DNA of 64,000 nt from Myxococcota bacterium (GTDB lineage: Bacteria; Myxococcota_A; UBA796; CAJQPC01). The stretch lies in the NCBI GenBank assembly GCA_036229005.1, contig JAZAMN010000052.1, positions 416,001 to 480,000 of the forward strand. Reading direction: 5' to 3'. The translations under genes were made by a program, and so were the position numbers. This document shows, one piece after another, positions 9,555 through 18,957 of the stretch. The notes under the pieces are model-generated. The model had not been told where the DNA came from. It saw nothing but the letters and a program-made list of their open reading frames with translations, and searched no databases. Position 1 is the first letter of the stretch, and each line of letters opens with the position of its first letter.

Positions 9555-10081
9555 GCCCTCAACACCCCCCACACGCCCTGCTGGAGCGCTTCGTCGCCGG
9601 CGAGCTCCCTGAGAGCCTGGCGGTGGAGCTTGCCCTGCACCTGGATGACTGTCCGGCCTGCAGCGCCGAGTGCGCGGTGATGGAGCCCTTGGCTGCGGCC
9701 TTCGCCCAGTCTCCGGACCCGGAGGTCCCCCCAGAGCTCGTCTCCAGCCTCCTGGAGCAGCTCGACAGCCCCCAGATGCAGCCTGAGCTGCCCCCTGGCC
9801 TGCCCGCGCCCCTGCCCCTGCAGGCACGGGCCGAGCTTCTGGCCGGCGGCACCCTCCTGAGCGTGGCCGCGACCCTGTTCTTTGTGTTCGGCGAGCCCAC
9901 GCAGCTTGCAGCCGACCTGGCTGTCGGAGCCCACGCCGCTGCGACCGCGGCGTCCATCGGCGCCAGCTCCATGGACAGCGCCGCCCTGGCCTGGCCGGCC
10001 ATGCTGGCCGCGTTGGTTCTGGTGGGCTCGGTCGTCGTCTACAGCCTGATCAAGCCCCAGGGCTACGGGCGCAGGTTCTGA
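9551..10081 (+). CDS. Zinc-finger (ZAS/zf-HC2) membrane anti-sigma factor
   Basis: HLDDCPAC (HxxxCxxC), C-terminal TM helices, ATGA coupling to the ECF gene. Confidence 0.85.
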   Translation: MSPQHPPHALLERFVAGELPESLAVELALHLDDCPACSAECAVMEPLAAAFAQSPDPEVPPELVSSLLEQLDSPQMQPELPPGLPAPLPLQARAELLAGGTLLSVAATLFFVFGEPTQLAADLAVGAHAAATAASIGASSMDSAALAWPAMLAALVLVGSVVVYSLIKPQGYGRRF

Positions 10082-10083
10082 GC

Positions 10084-11034
10084 ATGCTCGGCGCTCTGGT
10101 CAGCGTGGCGGTCCCCCTGGCCCTGGCGGCGCCGGAGGACCCCGAGAGCGAGCTCTGGATGCAGGAGCGCATCCAGGCCCTGGAGGAGCAGACGGCCCGC
10201 GACCGCGCGCTGCTGCTCCAGTACGAGGCTCGTCTGGCCGCCATGGAGCATGCCGCCCAGCCACAGCTCCCGCCCATCCCGCCGCCGCTGGCCGAGCCGC
10301 TGATCATCGAGCCCGATGAGATCACAGGAGAGATCGTCGCCTGGGGGCCGGTCTCGGTCCACGGAAAGGTGCACGGCCGCGCGGTCTCCTTCGGCGGCGA
10401 CGTGCGGGTCTTTGACGGCGCCCAGGTCACGGGCGACGCCGTCAGCTTTGGCGGACAGGTCCGGGTGGACCCCGGAGCCGACGTCCAGGGAGACCGGATC
10501 TCCTACGCGGCGACCACCGCGCCGCCCCCGGGTCCCCCGCTGGCCCCCCTTCGCCGCCAGACCCGCGGCCTGGCCCGCCAGCTCGTGCTGCTGTTCACGA
10601 TGGCGGGCGGCGGCGTCGTGATGACGGGCCTGTTCCCCAAGCCGGTGGAGCGCGTCTCAGATGCGCTTCGGCGCCACCCCTTCCGCTACTTTGGGTGGGG
10701 CCTGCTCAGCGCCTTCCTGGCCAGCGTGTTGGGCACCATCCTGGCGGTGACCGTGATCGGAATCCCCGTCGCGATGCTGCTCGGCCTCCTCATGGCGGTG
10801 GCCTGGGTGATGGGCTCGGTGGCCATCTGCCAGCTCATCGGTGACTCGCTGCCCTTCCAGGCGACCCGCGAGAAGCCCTGGGTGGGCTTCCTGGCCGGCG
10901 CCGCCCTGCTTGGGGCGCTCAGCCTGCTCCCGGGGGTCGGAAAGGCCGTCCTGACCATCCTGGGGCTGACCGGCATGGGCGCGGCGATCCGGAGCCGCCT
11001 GGGCTCCAAGGACATCGTCCCCCCGCTGGACTGA
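10084..11034 (+). CDS. Membrane protein with a bactofilin-like beta-helix domain and C-terminal TM bundle
   Basis: Signal peptide, coiled coil, repeats GKVHGRAVSFGGDV / AQVTGDAVSFGGQV / ADVQGD, then about 5 TM helices. Confidence 0.75.
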   Translation: MLGALVSVAVPLALAAPEDPESELWMQERIQALEEQTARDRALLLQYEARLAAMEHAAQPQLPPIPPPLAEPLIIEPDEITGEIVAWGPVSVHGKVHGRAVSFGGDVRVFDGAQVTGDAVSFGGQVRVDPGADVQGDRISYAATTAPPPGPPLAPLRRQTRGLARQLVLLFTMAGGGVVMTGLFPKPVERVSDALRRHPFRYFGWGLLSAFLASVLGTILAVTVIGIPVAMLLGLLMAVAWVMGSVAICQLIGDSLPFQATREKPWVGFLAGAALLGALSLLPGVGKAVLTILGLTGMGAAIRSRLGSKDIVPPLD

Positions 11035-11048
11035 ACGTAGGAACCGGG

Positions 11049-11083
11049 GCTCCGAGGCCAGCGTTGGTCGCCAGCCTCGGAGC
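11049..11083. terminator. Hairpin between convergent genes
   Basis: Perfect 10-bp inverted repeat GCTCCGAGGC (11049-11058) / GCCTCGGAGC (11074-11083); no U-tract. Confidence 0.45.
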
Positions 11084-11091
11084 GCCTGACC

Positions 11092-14000
11092 CTACAGGGT
11101 GGTGAGCTGGGACTTGAGGGCCTCGCTCAGAGCCTGAGCGTTGGCGGCGACGTCCGCCAGCGCGGCACCCACGGACTCGTCTGCCTTGGCCTGCGCCAGG
11201 TTGTCCTCGCCGGTGGAGGGATCTCCGGCACCGTACGAGGCTGCAGCTTTGGCGAGGTGAAGCAGGGACTCCATGCGCCCATCCTTGTCCTCGACCCCCA
11301 GACCGCGGTCCGCGAGGGCGCTTGCCTCCCCCCAGTCCTGACGCCGCAGGGAGAGCTCGGCCAGCCGGGTCAGGGCCTGGACCTGCCCGGGGTCGAAGGT
11401 CAGCGACTTCTCGTAGTGCTGGGCCGCCTTGTCCGAGAGCCCCATGTGGGTGTCCAGGACGAAGCCCTTGGTCAGGTAGGCCTCGATGACGTAGCTGGGC
11501 TTCTTGGCGTGGTAGATGATGTTGTTGTAGTGGTTCAGGAGCGTCGACCACTCCTCCCGCTCGAACAGCACCTGGGCCGCGCCGCGCAGCGCTCGCACGT
11601 CGTTGTCGCGCAGCTCCAGCGCCTTGTTGAAGCGCTTCTTGGCCTTCTCGGTCTTGCCCAGCGCCAGCTCGACCTCACCCAGACAGGTGTAGGCCTCCGC
11701 CAGCTCGGCCTTGTCCGCAGAGCCGCCGATGAGCTGCAGCACCTGGCGGTACACGCCCTCGGCCTTGTCCCACTCCTTGGCCTCCATCCACAGGGGCCCG
11801 ACGGCCCGCAGGGAGGGCAGGTGGCTGGGGTTCAGCTCCAGCGCGCGCTCCAGCTTCTCCCGGCCCTCGTCGGCGCGGTCCAGGGAGATCAGCGAGGTCG
11901 CGTACTGGAAGTAGAACTGGGCGATCTCCACCTTCTCGTCGAAGTCGTCCAGGTCCCAGGACTCGGACTTCTTCTCGAGCTCGGCGAAGTACTCGACGGC
12001 CTGTGGCAGCTCCTGCTTGCGGTAGGCGTGGTCGGCCAGGTAGCGCAGCGCCTCGTCGTGGGCGGGCTCCTGCTCCAACACCGCGGCGAAGGTCTGGGCC
12101 GCGCCGTCCCGGTTCTGCAGGGTGTCGCGCTGTACCCGAGCCGCGCGCACCAGGGCCTTGACAGCGTCCTGTTCGTTGGAGGAGGCGGCTGCCTGGCGCT
12201 TGAGGGCCTCGACCACACCGTCCCACTCACCTCGGGCGCTCCGGAGCTGCTCGAGCATCCTGGCGGCGTCGAGGTCAGGCGAATCGCCGGCGCTCGCGGT
12301 GTCCAGCAGAGTCAGCGCGCGGTCCTCGTTGCGGAGCTGCTGCAGCCAGACCTTGCCGGCCTTGCCCAGGAGCACCTTGGATTCGGCGCCCTCACGCTGC
12401 GCAGCGAGCTGCTCGGCGTGCATGACGTACTCCGACCAGGCGCCAGCGGACTCCGAGAGGGCCAGCAGGCGCTCCAGGGCCTCTTGGTGCTCGGGGTCGA
12501 GCTCCAGCACCTTGCGCCAGGCGTCACCGGCGACGGCGTCGTCACCGAGCTTGTCCTGCCAGAGGCGGGCGATGTCCGCGGTGGTGGTGACCTGCTCGGC
12601 GCCGGTCTGGAGCGCGGACTCCCGGGCGAGCACGCCGACCATGGCCTGCCAGTCCTCGCTGGCCTCCGCGACTGCACGCAGACCGGAGAGGGCCTCGGTG
12701 TCCTGGGGGTTGTGGTCGAGCGCTGCCATGTAGGCGGCCCGCGCCTCCTCCAGGTTCCCGTTCTGGGACTGCACCTCGGCGATGCGGCGCTGCACGCGCC
12801 CGGCGTCCTCGGCAGAGCTCAGGTTCTGGGAGAGCTGCTCCAGGTACTGGAGGCTGAGGTCGACCTCGCCCCGGGCGCCGGCGATGCGGGCCAGAGCCTC
12901 CAGGACCTCGGTGTCCTCGGGGTGCTCTTCGTGGAGCTGCCGGTAGAAGTCCCAGGCGGCGTCGGTCTCGGCCAGCTTCTCGGCCAGGATCCAGCGCTGC
13001 TTGGCCAGGGCGGCCTGCTGCTGCTCGGGGTCCTGGAGGAGCGCGGCGCGGGCGCTGAGGGTCTCGAAGGTCCCCTGCCAGTCCTGAGCGGCCTCCTGAG
13101 CGGCCTCGCGGCGGAGCAGCCCGGCGATGTCCTGGGCCTCCTCCAGCACCTCGGCGGAGCGCTGGCTGTCACCGGCCTCCTCCAGCGAGGCGGCGAGCCC
13201 GAGGGTGTCGGCGGGGCTGAGCCCCTCGTAGTGGGCGACCAGTGCGTCCAGGTCCTTTTCCTGCAGCAGCAGGCGGCGCACGCCCTCGAAGGCCTTGCCG
13301 GCCGAGGGGCGCGTGGCGAAGGCGAGTCGGTAGGCCTCGAGCGCCTCCTCGCGCTGACCGAGGCCCTCGAAGAGGTGGCCGGCGAGCACGCTGTGGACGA
13401 CCTTGACTGGAGCATCCGCGGCGCTGGTGGCGACCTGCCAGTGGGCCTGCGCCAGCCCCTCTCGGTTGCCTGCCTTGCGCTCCAGGCGGGCGCAGCCAAA
13501 GATGGCGCCCAGGTTCTCCGGGTCCTCCTCCAGGACCTTGCGGTAGCCGGCCAGGGCCTCGGCGGGGGCCTCCAGGTAGTCCTCCTGGAGGCGCGCGGAC
13601 TCGTAGGTGTCCTGGGCGGCGTCAGCGGCGCGGTGGGCCTCCTCCCAGTAGTTCAGGCCCTCGCAGAGGCGCGAGAGGGCCAGCAGCGGCCGCCCCTCCC
13701 CCTCGGCGTGGACCAGCTCGCCCACGGTCTGGATGGTGCCCATGGTGTCGCCGGACTCGCGGAGCTGGTCGGCCAGCGCGACCATCAGGCGGGTGAGCTC
13801 CTGGGGGTCGTCGGCGGATGCGACCGCGTTCCGGTACAGGCCTACGAGCGCCCGGCTGTCCCCCTGGCGGAGGTAGGCCTCCTCCAGGACGGCGAGCGCG
13901 GCGGGGTGGCTGGGCTCGGCCTCCAGGATCTGGCGGGCTGCCCAGGTGGGGTCGGCCTCGGGCAGGTCGTGGGCCAGGGCCGAGGCGCTCAGGTACTGCC

Positions 14001-16662
14001 AGGCCTTGCGGTCCAGATCGGACTCGCTCTGGGCCTCGGACACCTGGAGCTGGTAGAGCCCGGCGAGGTCCTCGACCTTGCCCTTGAGCTCCTTGAGGAA
14101 GTAGTGGGCGCCCAAGAAGCCCGGTGAGAGCTCCAGGCAGCGCTCGACGGCCGCGATCGCGGCGCCGTCGTCCAGGACCTTGTCGGCCAGGATGCGGCCC
14201 GCCCGGTAGAAGAAGCTCACCTGCTGGGAGCCCTCCTGGGAGGCCTCTCCCGCGGCCATGAGCACGCTCGCGAGGCCGCGCCAGTCTCCGTCCAGCTCCA
14301 GCAGGCGCACGATGGCGTCCAGGCTGGGGGAGAAGTCGGGCTTGTGCTCCAGCGCGCGGTGGAAGAAGCCCTTGGCGCGCTCGAGATCGCCCATGCGCAG
14401 CTCGCAGGTCGCGCCAGCCCGATGAAGCTGGAGCGCGATGGCTGCGGGGTCTTCGTTGAGGATTGCGCGCTGCTCGTAGACGGCGGCGAGCTTCTCCCAC
14501 TCCTGCAGGCGGGTGTAGACCCGCTCCAGCCCCTCCAGGGCGGGCAGGTAGGCCGGCGCGATGTCGAGCACAGCCTCGAAGTCCTTGCGGGCGGCCTCCT
14601 GGTCCGCCAGTGGGCCCTCCGCGATCTCGCCGCGGCGGTACGCGAGCGTGACCTTGAGGTTGGGGTCGTCCAGCAGATCGCTGCGCTGCCCCCAGAAGTC
14701 CCGGAGCTCCGCGAAGCGCTCCTGCTTGCGCAGGATGCGGGCGACGCCCTCGGCGGCGGGGACCGCAGACGGGTCCTTGGCCAGCTCCATGTAGATCTCG
14801 AGGGCAGCACCTGAGTCCTCCAGGTGCTTCTCCAGGATTCCGGCCAGGCGGAAGCGCGCGCCGGTCGCGGCGCCGTCCTCGGAGGTGCTGGCCTGGCGCA
14901 GGGAGGCCGCCAGGTCCTCGAAGCGGCCCTGCTCGACCAGGAGGGCCTCGTACTCGTGCCGGACCTGGGCGCCGCCGCCCAGGGAGAGAGCGAGCTTGTA
15001 GGCCTCTTCGGCCTTGTCGCCCTCGAAGAGGCGGCCCCGCAGGATGCGGCCGGCCCGGGTCGCGAAGAAGGCGCCGTCTGCGCCGCCCACCCGCTCGGCC
15101 TCACCCAGGTAGAGCTCGGCGAGCTCGGCCCAGCTCTGGGACTGCTCCAGCCCGCGCTCCAGCGCGACGAAGGACGGCCCGTGCGCCGGGTCGGCCTCGT
15201 GCGAGGCGCGGAAGGCATCCAGCGCCTTGTCGCTCTGGCCCAACTGCTCGGCGAACACGCGCCCTCGCTCGTACTGCAGGCGTGCGGCGAGCACACCGGA
15301 GCTCAAGCCGGCCATCTGGGCGAGGGTGTCGACGATGCCTTCCCAGTCGCCGCCCACGAGCTGCACATCGCGCAGGAGCTGGAGGGAGAAGAAGTCGCTG
15401 GGGTTGCGCGCGACCGAGGCCACCAGCAGCCGGGCGGCCTGGTCATCCTGCCCCAGCCGGCGACGGGCCAGCAGCGCCGCGTCCTGCAGGATCTCGGCCG
15501 CGGCGGCGTCATCCTGCTCGGCGTTCGCGAGGGCCTCCATGGCCTCCCGCAGCGCCTCGAAGCGCTGGTTGCGGTTCAGAGCCCGCTCCAGCTCCCGCAG
15601 AGCGCGCAGGTCCTGACCGTCCTGTGCAACGCCCGCCTGCGCGAGGCGCTCAGCCTCAGCCAGGTCTGCGATGCGCGTACGGGCGATTCGGGCGGCCTCG
15701 GCGTAGAGCCCGGCAGCGTCGGAGCCCTCCGATGCGGCGGCCTCGGCCTCCAAGGTCCGCACCATCGCGCGCCAGCGCTCGCCGTCGTCGGCGGAGGGCT
15801 CGTAGGACACATGCGGGGTGGCCGGCATGTGCTGGTCGACGCTGGACTCCTCCAGGGGCGGACCATCCATCGTGTCCAGCTTCTGCCCCAGAGGGACCGC
15901 CTCGGTGGGCTGATCCTCGTCCTCGGGTTCGCTCGCGATCGGGTCCTCGGGGAGGGCCTCCATGGTGGCCTCACCCGTCTCCTCGACCTGCGCTGCGATC
16001 GGCATGCTGATCCGGGGCGCCTGCGCGTCCGCAGCGGCCTGCGCGGCGGCGGCCTCCTGGCGGGCTGCCTCGGCGGCCAGACGGGTCTCCTCTTCCAGGC
16101 GCTCGTGCTCAGCGCGGGCAGCCTCCGCGGCGGCCCGCTCCTGGACCAGGCGGCGCTCCTCCGCCTCAGCAGCCTCCAGCTCCGCCGCCTCCCGCTCTGC
16201 GGCGAGGCGGGCGGCCTCGGCGGCCTCAGCCGCCAGACGCTCGGCCTCAGCAGCTTCAGCAGCCTCTGCAGCGGCCTTCTCCTCGGCCGCCACGCGCTCC
16301 GCCTCAGCAGCCTCAGCGGCGGCCTTCTCCTCGGCCGCCACGCGCTCCGCCTCGGCAGCCTCAGCGGCGGCCTTCTCCTCAGCCTCCTTCGCGGCAGCCT
16401 CGGCGGCGGCCTTCTCCTCGGCCTCCTTCGCGGCAGCCTCGGCAGCGGCCTTCTCCTCGGCCTCCTTCGCGGCAGCTTCGGCAGCGGCCTTCTCCTCGGC
16501 CTCCTTCGCGGCAGCCTCGGCGGCGGCCTTCTCAGCAGCCGCCTTGGCAGCGGCCTCCTCGGCCTGCTTGGCCTCCTCTTCCCAGGAGAGCTCGCCGGCC
16601 TCCCCCTGCGAGAAGAAGTCTGCCTCCCAGTCCTCGAACCCGTCGTTCTTCTTACCGCTCAC
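11092..16662 (-). CDS. Giant TPR-repeat protein (about 1856 aa) with N-terminal Ala/Glu/Lys helical repeat
   Basis: GTG at 16662 with GGAG SD; many TPR-like units (e.g. AVLDIAPAYLPALEGLERVYTRLQEWEKLAAVYE) typical of myxobacterial giant TPR proteins. Confidence 0.88.
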   Translation of the reverse strand: MSGKKNDGFEDWEADFFSQGEAGELSWEEEAKQAEEAAAKAAAEKAAAEAAAKEAEEKAAAEAAAKEAEEKAAAEAAAKEAEEKAAAEAAAKEAEEKAAAEAAEAERVAAEEKAAAEAAEAERVAAEEKAAAEAAEAAEAERLAAEAAEAARLAAEREAAELEAAEAEERRLVQERAAAEAARAEHERLEEETRLAAEAARQEAAAAQAAADAQAPRISMPIAAQVEETGEATMEALPEDPIASEPEDEDQPTEAVPLGQKLDTMDGPPLEESSVDQHMPATPHVSYEPSADDGERWRAMVRTLEAEAAASEGSDAAGLYAEAARIARTRIADLAEAERLAQAGVAQDGQDLRALRELERALNRNQRFEALREAMEALANAEQDDAAAAEILQDAALLARRRLGQDDQAARLLVASVARNPSDFFSLQLLRDVQLVGGDWEGIVDTLAQMAGLSSGVLAARLQYERGRVFAEQLGQSDKALDAFRASHEADPAHGPSFVALERGLEQSQSWAELAELYLGEAERVGGADGAFFATRAGRILRGRLFEGDKAEEAYKLALSLGGGAQVRHEYEALLVEQGRFEDLAASLRQASTSEDGAATGARFRLAGILEKHLEDSGAALEIYMELAKDPSAVPAAEGVARILRKQERFAELRDFWGQRSDLLDDPNLKVTLAYRRGEIAEGPLADQEAARKDFEAVLDIAPAYLPALEGLERVYTRLQEWEKLAAVYEQRAILNEDPAAIALQLHRAGATCELRMGDLERAKGFFHRALEHKPDFSPSLDAIVRLLELDGDWRGLASVLMAAGEASQEGSQQVSFFYRAGRILADKVLDDGAAIAAVERCLELSPGFLGAHYFLKELKGKVEDLAGLYQLQVSEAQSESDLDRKAWQYLSASALAHDLPEADPTWAARQILEAEPSHPAALAVLEEAYLRQGDSRALVGLYRNAVASADDPQELTRLMVALADQLRESGDTMGTIQTVGELVHAEGEGRPLLALSRLCEGLNYWEEAHRAADAAQDTYESARLQEDYLEAPAEALAGYRKVLEEDPENLGAIFGCARLERKAGNREGLAQAHWQVATSAADAPVKVVHSVLAGHLFEGLGQREEALEAYRLAFATRPSAGKAFEGVRRLLLQEKDLDALVAHYEGLSPADTLGLAASLEEAGDSQRSAEVLEEAQDIAGLLRREAAQEAAQDWQGTFETLSARAALLQDPEQQQAALAKQRWILAEKLAETDAAWDFYRQLHEEHPEDTEVLEALARIAGARGEVDLSLQYLEQLSQNLSSAEDAGRVQRRIAEVQSQNGNLEEARAAYMAALDHNPQDTEALSGLRAVAEASEDWQAMVGVLARESALQTGAEQVTTTADIARLWQDKLGDDAVAGDAWRKVLELDPEHQEALERLLALSESAGAWSEYVMHAEQLAAQREGAESKVLLGKAGKVWLQQLRNEDRALTLLDTASAGDSPDLDAARMLEQLRSARGEWDGVVEALKRQAAASSNEQDAVKALVRAARVQRDTLQNRDGAAQTFAAVLEQEPAHDEALRYLADHAYRKQELPQAVEYFAELEKKSESWDLDDFDEKVEIAQFYFQYATSLISLDRADEGREKLERALELNPSHLPSLRAVGPLWMEAKEWDKAEGVYRQVLQLIGGSADKAELAEAYTCLGEVELALGKTEKAKKRFNKALELRDNDVRALRGAAQVLFEREEWSTLLNHYNNIIYHAKKPSYVIEAYLTKGFVLDTHMGLSDKAAQHYEKSLTFDPGQVQALTRLAELSLRRQDWGEASALADRGLGVEDKDGRMESLLHLAKAAASYGAGDPSTGEDNLAQAKADESVGAALADVAANAQALSEALKSQLTTL
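16282..16533 (-). repeat. Coding tandem repeat: 4 x 39 bp (EKAAAEAAAKEAE) plus 2 x 48 bp (EKAAAEAAEAERVAAE)
   Basis: Near-identical units visible in both DNA and translation. Confidence 0.9.
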
Positions 16663-16725
16663 GTGCGCTCCGAACAGAGGTGGGCCACGCCGAAGGCGCA
16701 GACCTGAATGTGCCATTGGGCGAAA

Positions 16726-16754
16726 GTCGTACCACCCACGCGGCCCCGATTCAA
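16726..16754 (-). promoter_or_regulatory. Possible sigma70 promoter for the giant TPR gene
   Basis: TTGAAT-N17-TACGAC with a TG extension; the -10 is imperfect. Confidence 0.35.
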
Positions 16755-16787
16755 CCGCCCCCCGCGCCCGCGGTCGGGGCGCGGCCT

Positions 16788-17897
16788 TCAAGCGCCGACG
16801 TGCCGCCGCGGGACCCGCTCCGAGAAGCTCGTCAGGATCTCGTAGACGATGGTCCCAGCGTGCGCCGCAAGCTCCTCTGCGGGCATCGCAGCGCCCATCA
16901 ACTCCACCCGGTCTCCAGGCCGCACGACCTGGGGCAGATCCGTGACATCCACCATGCACAGATCCATGCAGATCGTGCCCCGGATCGGGCAGCGTGCGCC
17001 GTGGAGGACCACCTCGGCCTTGTTGCTCAGCCCGCGCATGTAGCCGTCCGCGTAGCCCACCGGGAGCGTGGCCAGCCGGGTCGGCCGCTCGCTCACCCAG
17101 CGCCGGCCATAGGACACCCCGTAGTTGGCCGGGATGTCCTTCACGAACAGCACCCGGGTGCTGACCTCCATCACGGGCGAGAGCCCCTGGATCCCGGGCG
17201 CGGGCTGGTGGCCATAGAGCGCGATCCCCGGGCGGATCATCCCCAAGGCCAGCTCCGGGTGGAGCAGGGCTGCTGCCGAGTTCGCGGCGTGCACCACCTG
17301 GGGGTTCCAGGCGCGCTGCCGGGCCTGGTCCAGCGCGTCCTGAAAGCGCCGGGCCTGCTCCATGGTGAACGTGCTGTCGCTATCCGCGGACGAGAAGTGG
17401 GTCGTGATCCCCTGCACATCCAGCCACTCGAAGTCCGCGAGGCGGTCCAGGAACACCGGCCAGTGCCCCGAGACCACGCCGAGGCGCCCCATCCCGGTGT
17501 CGACCTTGAGGTGGACCGGGACAGGGTGACCTCGCTTGCGGGCTGCGGCGTTGAGGAGCGCGGCGGACTCCAGATCGAAGAGGTTGGGGGTCAGGTTCCA
17601 GCGCAGCGCGGCCTCTGCTCCATCCTCCCTCCCCCCGATCCCGGAGAAGCAGAGCACCGGGGCCTTCACCCCGCCCTCCCGCAGCGCGACGCCCTCTTCG
17701 ACCAGAGCGACCCCGAAGGCATCGGCCCCCTCGGCCTCCAACGCCTTGGCGCAGGCCAGCGCTCCGTGCCCGTACGCGTCCCCCTTCACCGGACACAGAA
17801 TCCGGGTGCTCCCAGGCATCTTGGCCCGCATCAGGCGGTAGTTGGCGACCAGGCGATCCAGGTGCACGTGGACCGTTGTGGGGCGGATCTGCGGCAT
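16788..17897 (-). CDS. alr: Alanine racemase
   Basis: VKGDAYGHG (PLP Lys), [45 protein letters not shown]. Confidence 0.97.
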   Translation of the reverse strand: MPQIRPTTVHVHLDRLVANYRLMRAKMPGSTRILCPVKGDAYGHGALACAKALEAEGADAFGVALVEEGVALREGGVKAPVLCFSGIGGREDGAEAALRWNLTPNLFDLESAALLNAAARKRGHPVPVHLKVDTGMGRLGVVSGHWPVFLDRLADFEWLDVQGITTHFSSADSDSTFTMEQARRFQDALDQARQRAWNPQVVHAANSAAALLHPELALGMIRPGIALYGHQPAPGIQGLSPVMEVSTRVLFVKDIPANYGVSYGRRWVSERPTRLATLPVGYADGYMRGLSNKAEVVLHGARCPIRGTICMDLCMVDVTDLPQVVRPGDRVELMGAAMPAEELAAHAGTIVYEILTSFSERVPRRHVGA

Positions 17898-17965
17898 GCG
17901 CTGGCCATATCCCGCTGACCCGCAGCCGGGCCGGTTATGGCATCTGTCCACTGCTGGGAGACAAG

Positions 17966-18898
17966 ATGCGTGTACTGGTGACTGGCGGCGCGGGCTTTCT
18001 GGGGTCCCACCTCTGCGAGCGCTTGATCAAGGACGGCCACGAGGTCATCGCCCTGGACAGCCTCATCACGGGCAACCGGGACAACCTGGCGCACCTTGCC
18101 GACAACCCCCGCTTCTCGTTCGTCGAGGCCGACTCCTCCAAGGAGATCCCCGTTCCGGGCAAGCTGGACCGTATCTACCACCTGGCCTCCCCGGCCTCGC
18201 CCATCGACTACGTCCAGATCCCCTTCATCACGCTGTTCTGCGGCTCCGACGGCACCCGCAACTGCCTGGAGCGCGCGGAGGCCGACGGCGCCCGCTTCTT
18301 CCTGGCCTCCACGTCCGAGGTCTACGGCGACCCCGCGGTGCACCCCCAGGTCGAGAGCTACTGGGGCAACGTGAACCCCATCGGCCCCCGCTCGGTCTAC
18401 GACGAGGCCAAGCGCTACGCCGAGGCGCTCACCATGGCCTTCCACCGCTACAAGGGCGTGGAGACCCGCATTGTCCGGATCTTCAACACCTACGGCCCCC
18501 GCATGCGGGTGGACGACGGCCGCGTGATTCCCGCGTTCATGTCCCAGGCCATCCGCGGCGAGCCCCTGACCGTGTTCGGCGAGGGCACCCAGACCCGCAG
18601 CTTCTGCTACGTCGACGACCTGATCGAGGGCTTCGTGCGCCTGATGGAGTCCGACCTGGCCGAGCCCTGCAACATCGGCAACCCCAGCGAGCGGGACATG
18701 CTCCAGCTCGCCTCCTACCTCAACGAGCTCGCGGGCAACTCCGCCGGCATCATCCACAAGCCCCTGCCCAAGGATGACCCGACCCGCCGCAAGCCCGACA
18801 TCTCCCGGGCCCAGGCCGAGCTCGGCTGGGAGCCCCAGGTGTCTTTCGAGGAGGGGATGAAGCGCACCCTGGACTGGTTCCGCACCGTCGTCGACTGA
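17966..18898 (+). CDS. UDP-glucuronic acid decarboxylase (UDP-xylose synthase-like SDR)
   Basis: [66 protein letters not shown]. Confidence 0.93.
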   Translation: MRVLVTGGAGFLGSHLCERLIKDGHEVIALDSLITGNRDNLAHLADNPRFSFVEADSSKEIPVPGKLDRIYHLASPASPIDYVQIPFITLFCGSDGTRNCLERAEADGARFFLASTSEVYGDPAVHPQVESYWGNVNPIGPRSVYDEAKRYAEALTMAFHRYKGVETRIVRIFNTYGPRMRVDDGRVIPAFMSQAIRGEPLTVFGEGTQTRSFCYVDDLIEGFVRLMESDLAEPCNIGNPSERDMLQLASYLNELAGNSAGIIHKPLPKDDPTRRKPDISRAQAELGWEPQVSFEEGMKRTLDWFRTVVD

Positions 18899-18957
18899 CG
18901 GCCCCCGCGCACCTCTGCGATCCGGGCACCAGCGAGGTCACCCGGGCGCTAACCGCC

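Noticed and set aside
16282..16533. Tandem repeats as a possible CRISPR array
   Set aside because: The units are contiguous, in-frame multiples of 3, have no unique spacers, and no cas genes are present
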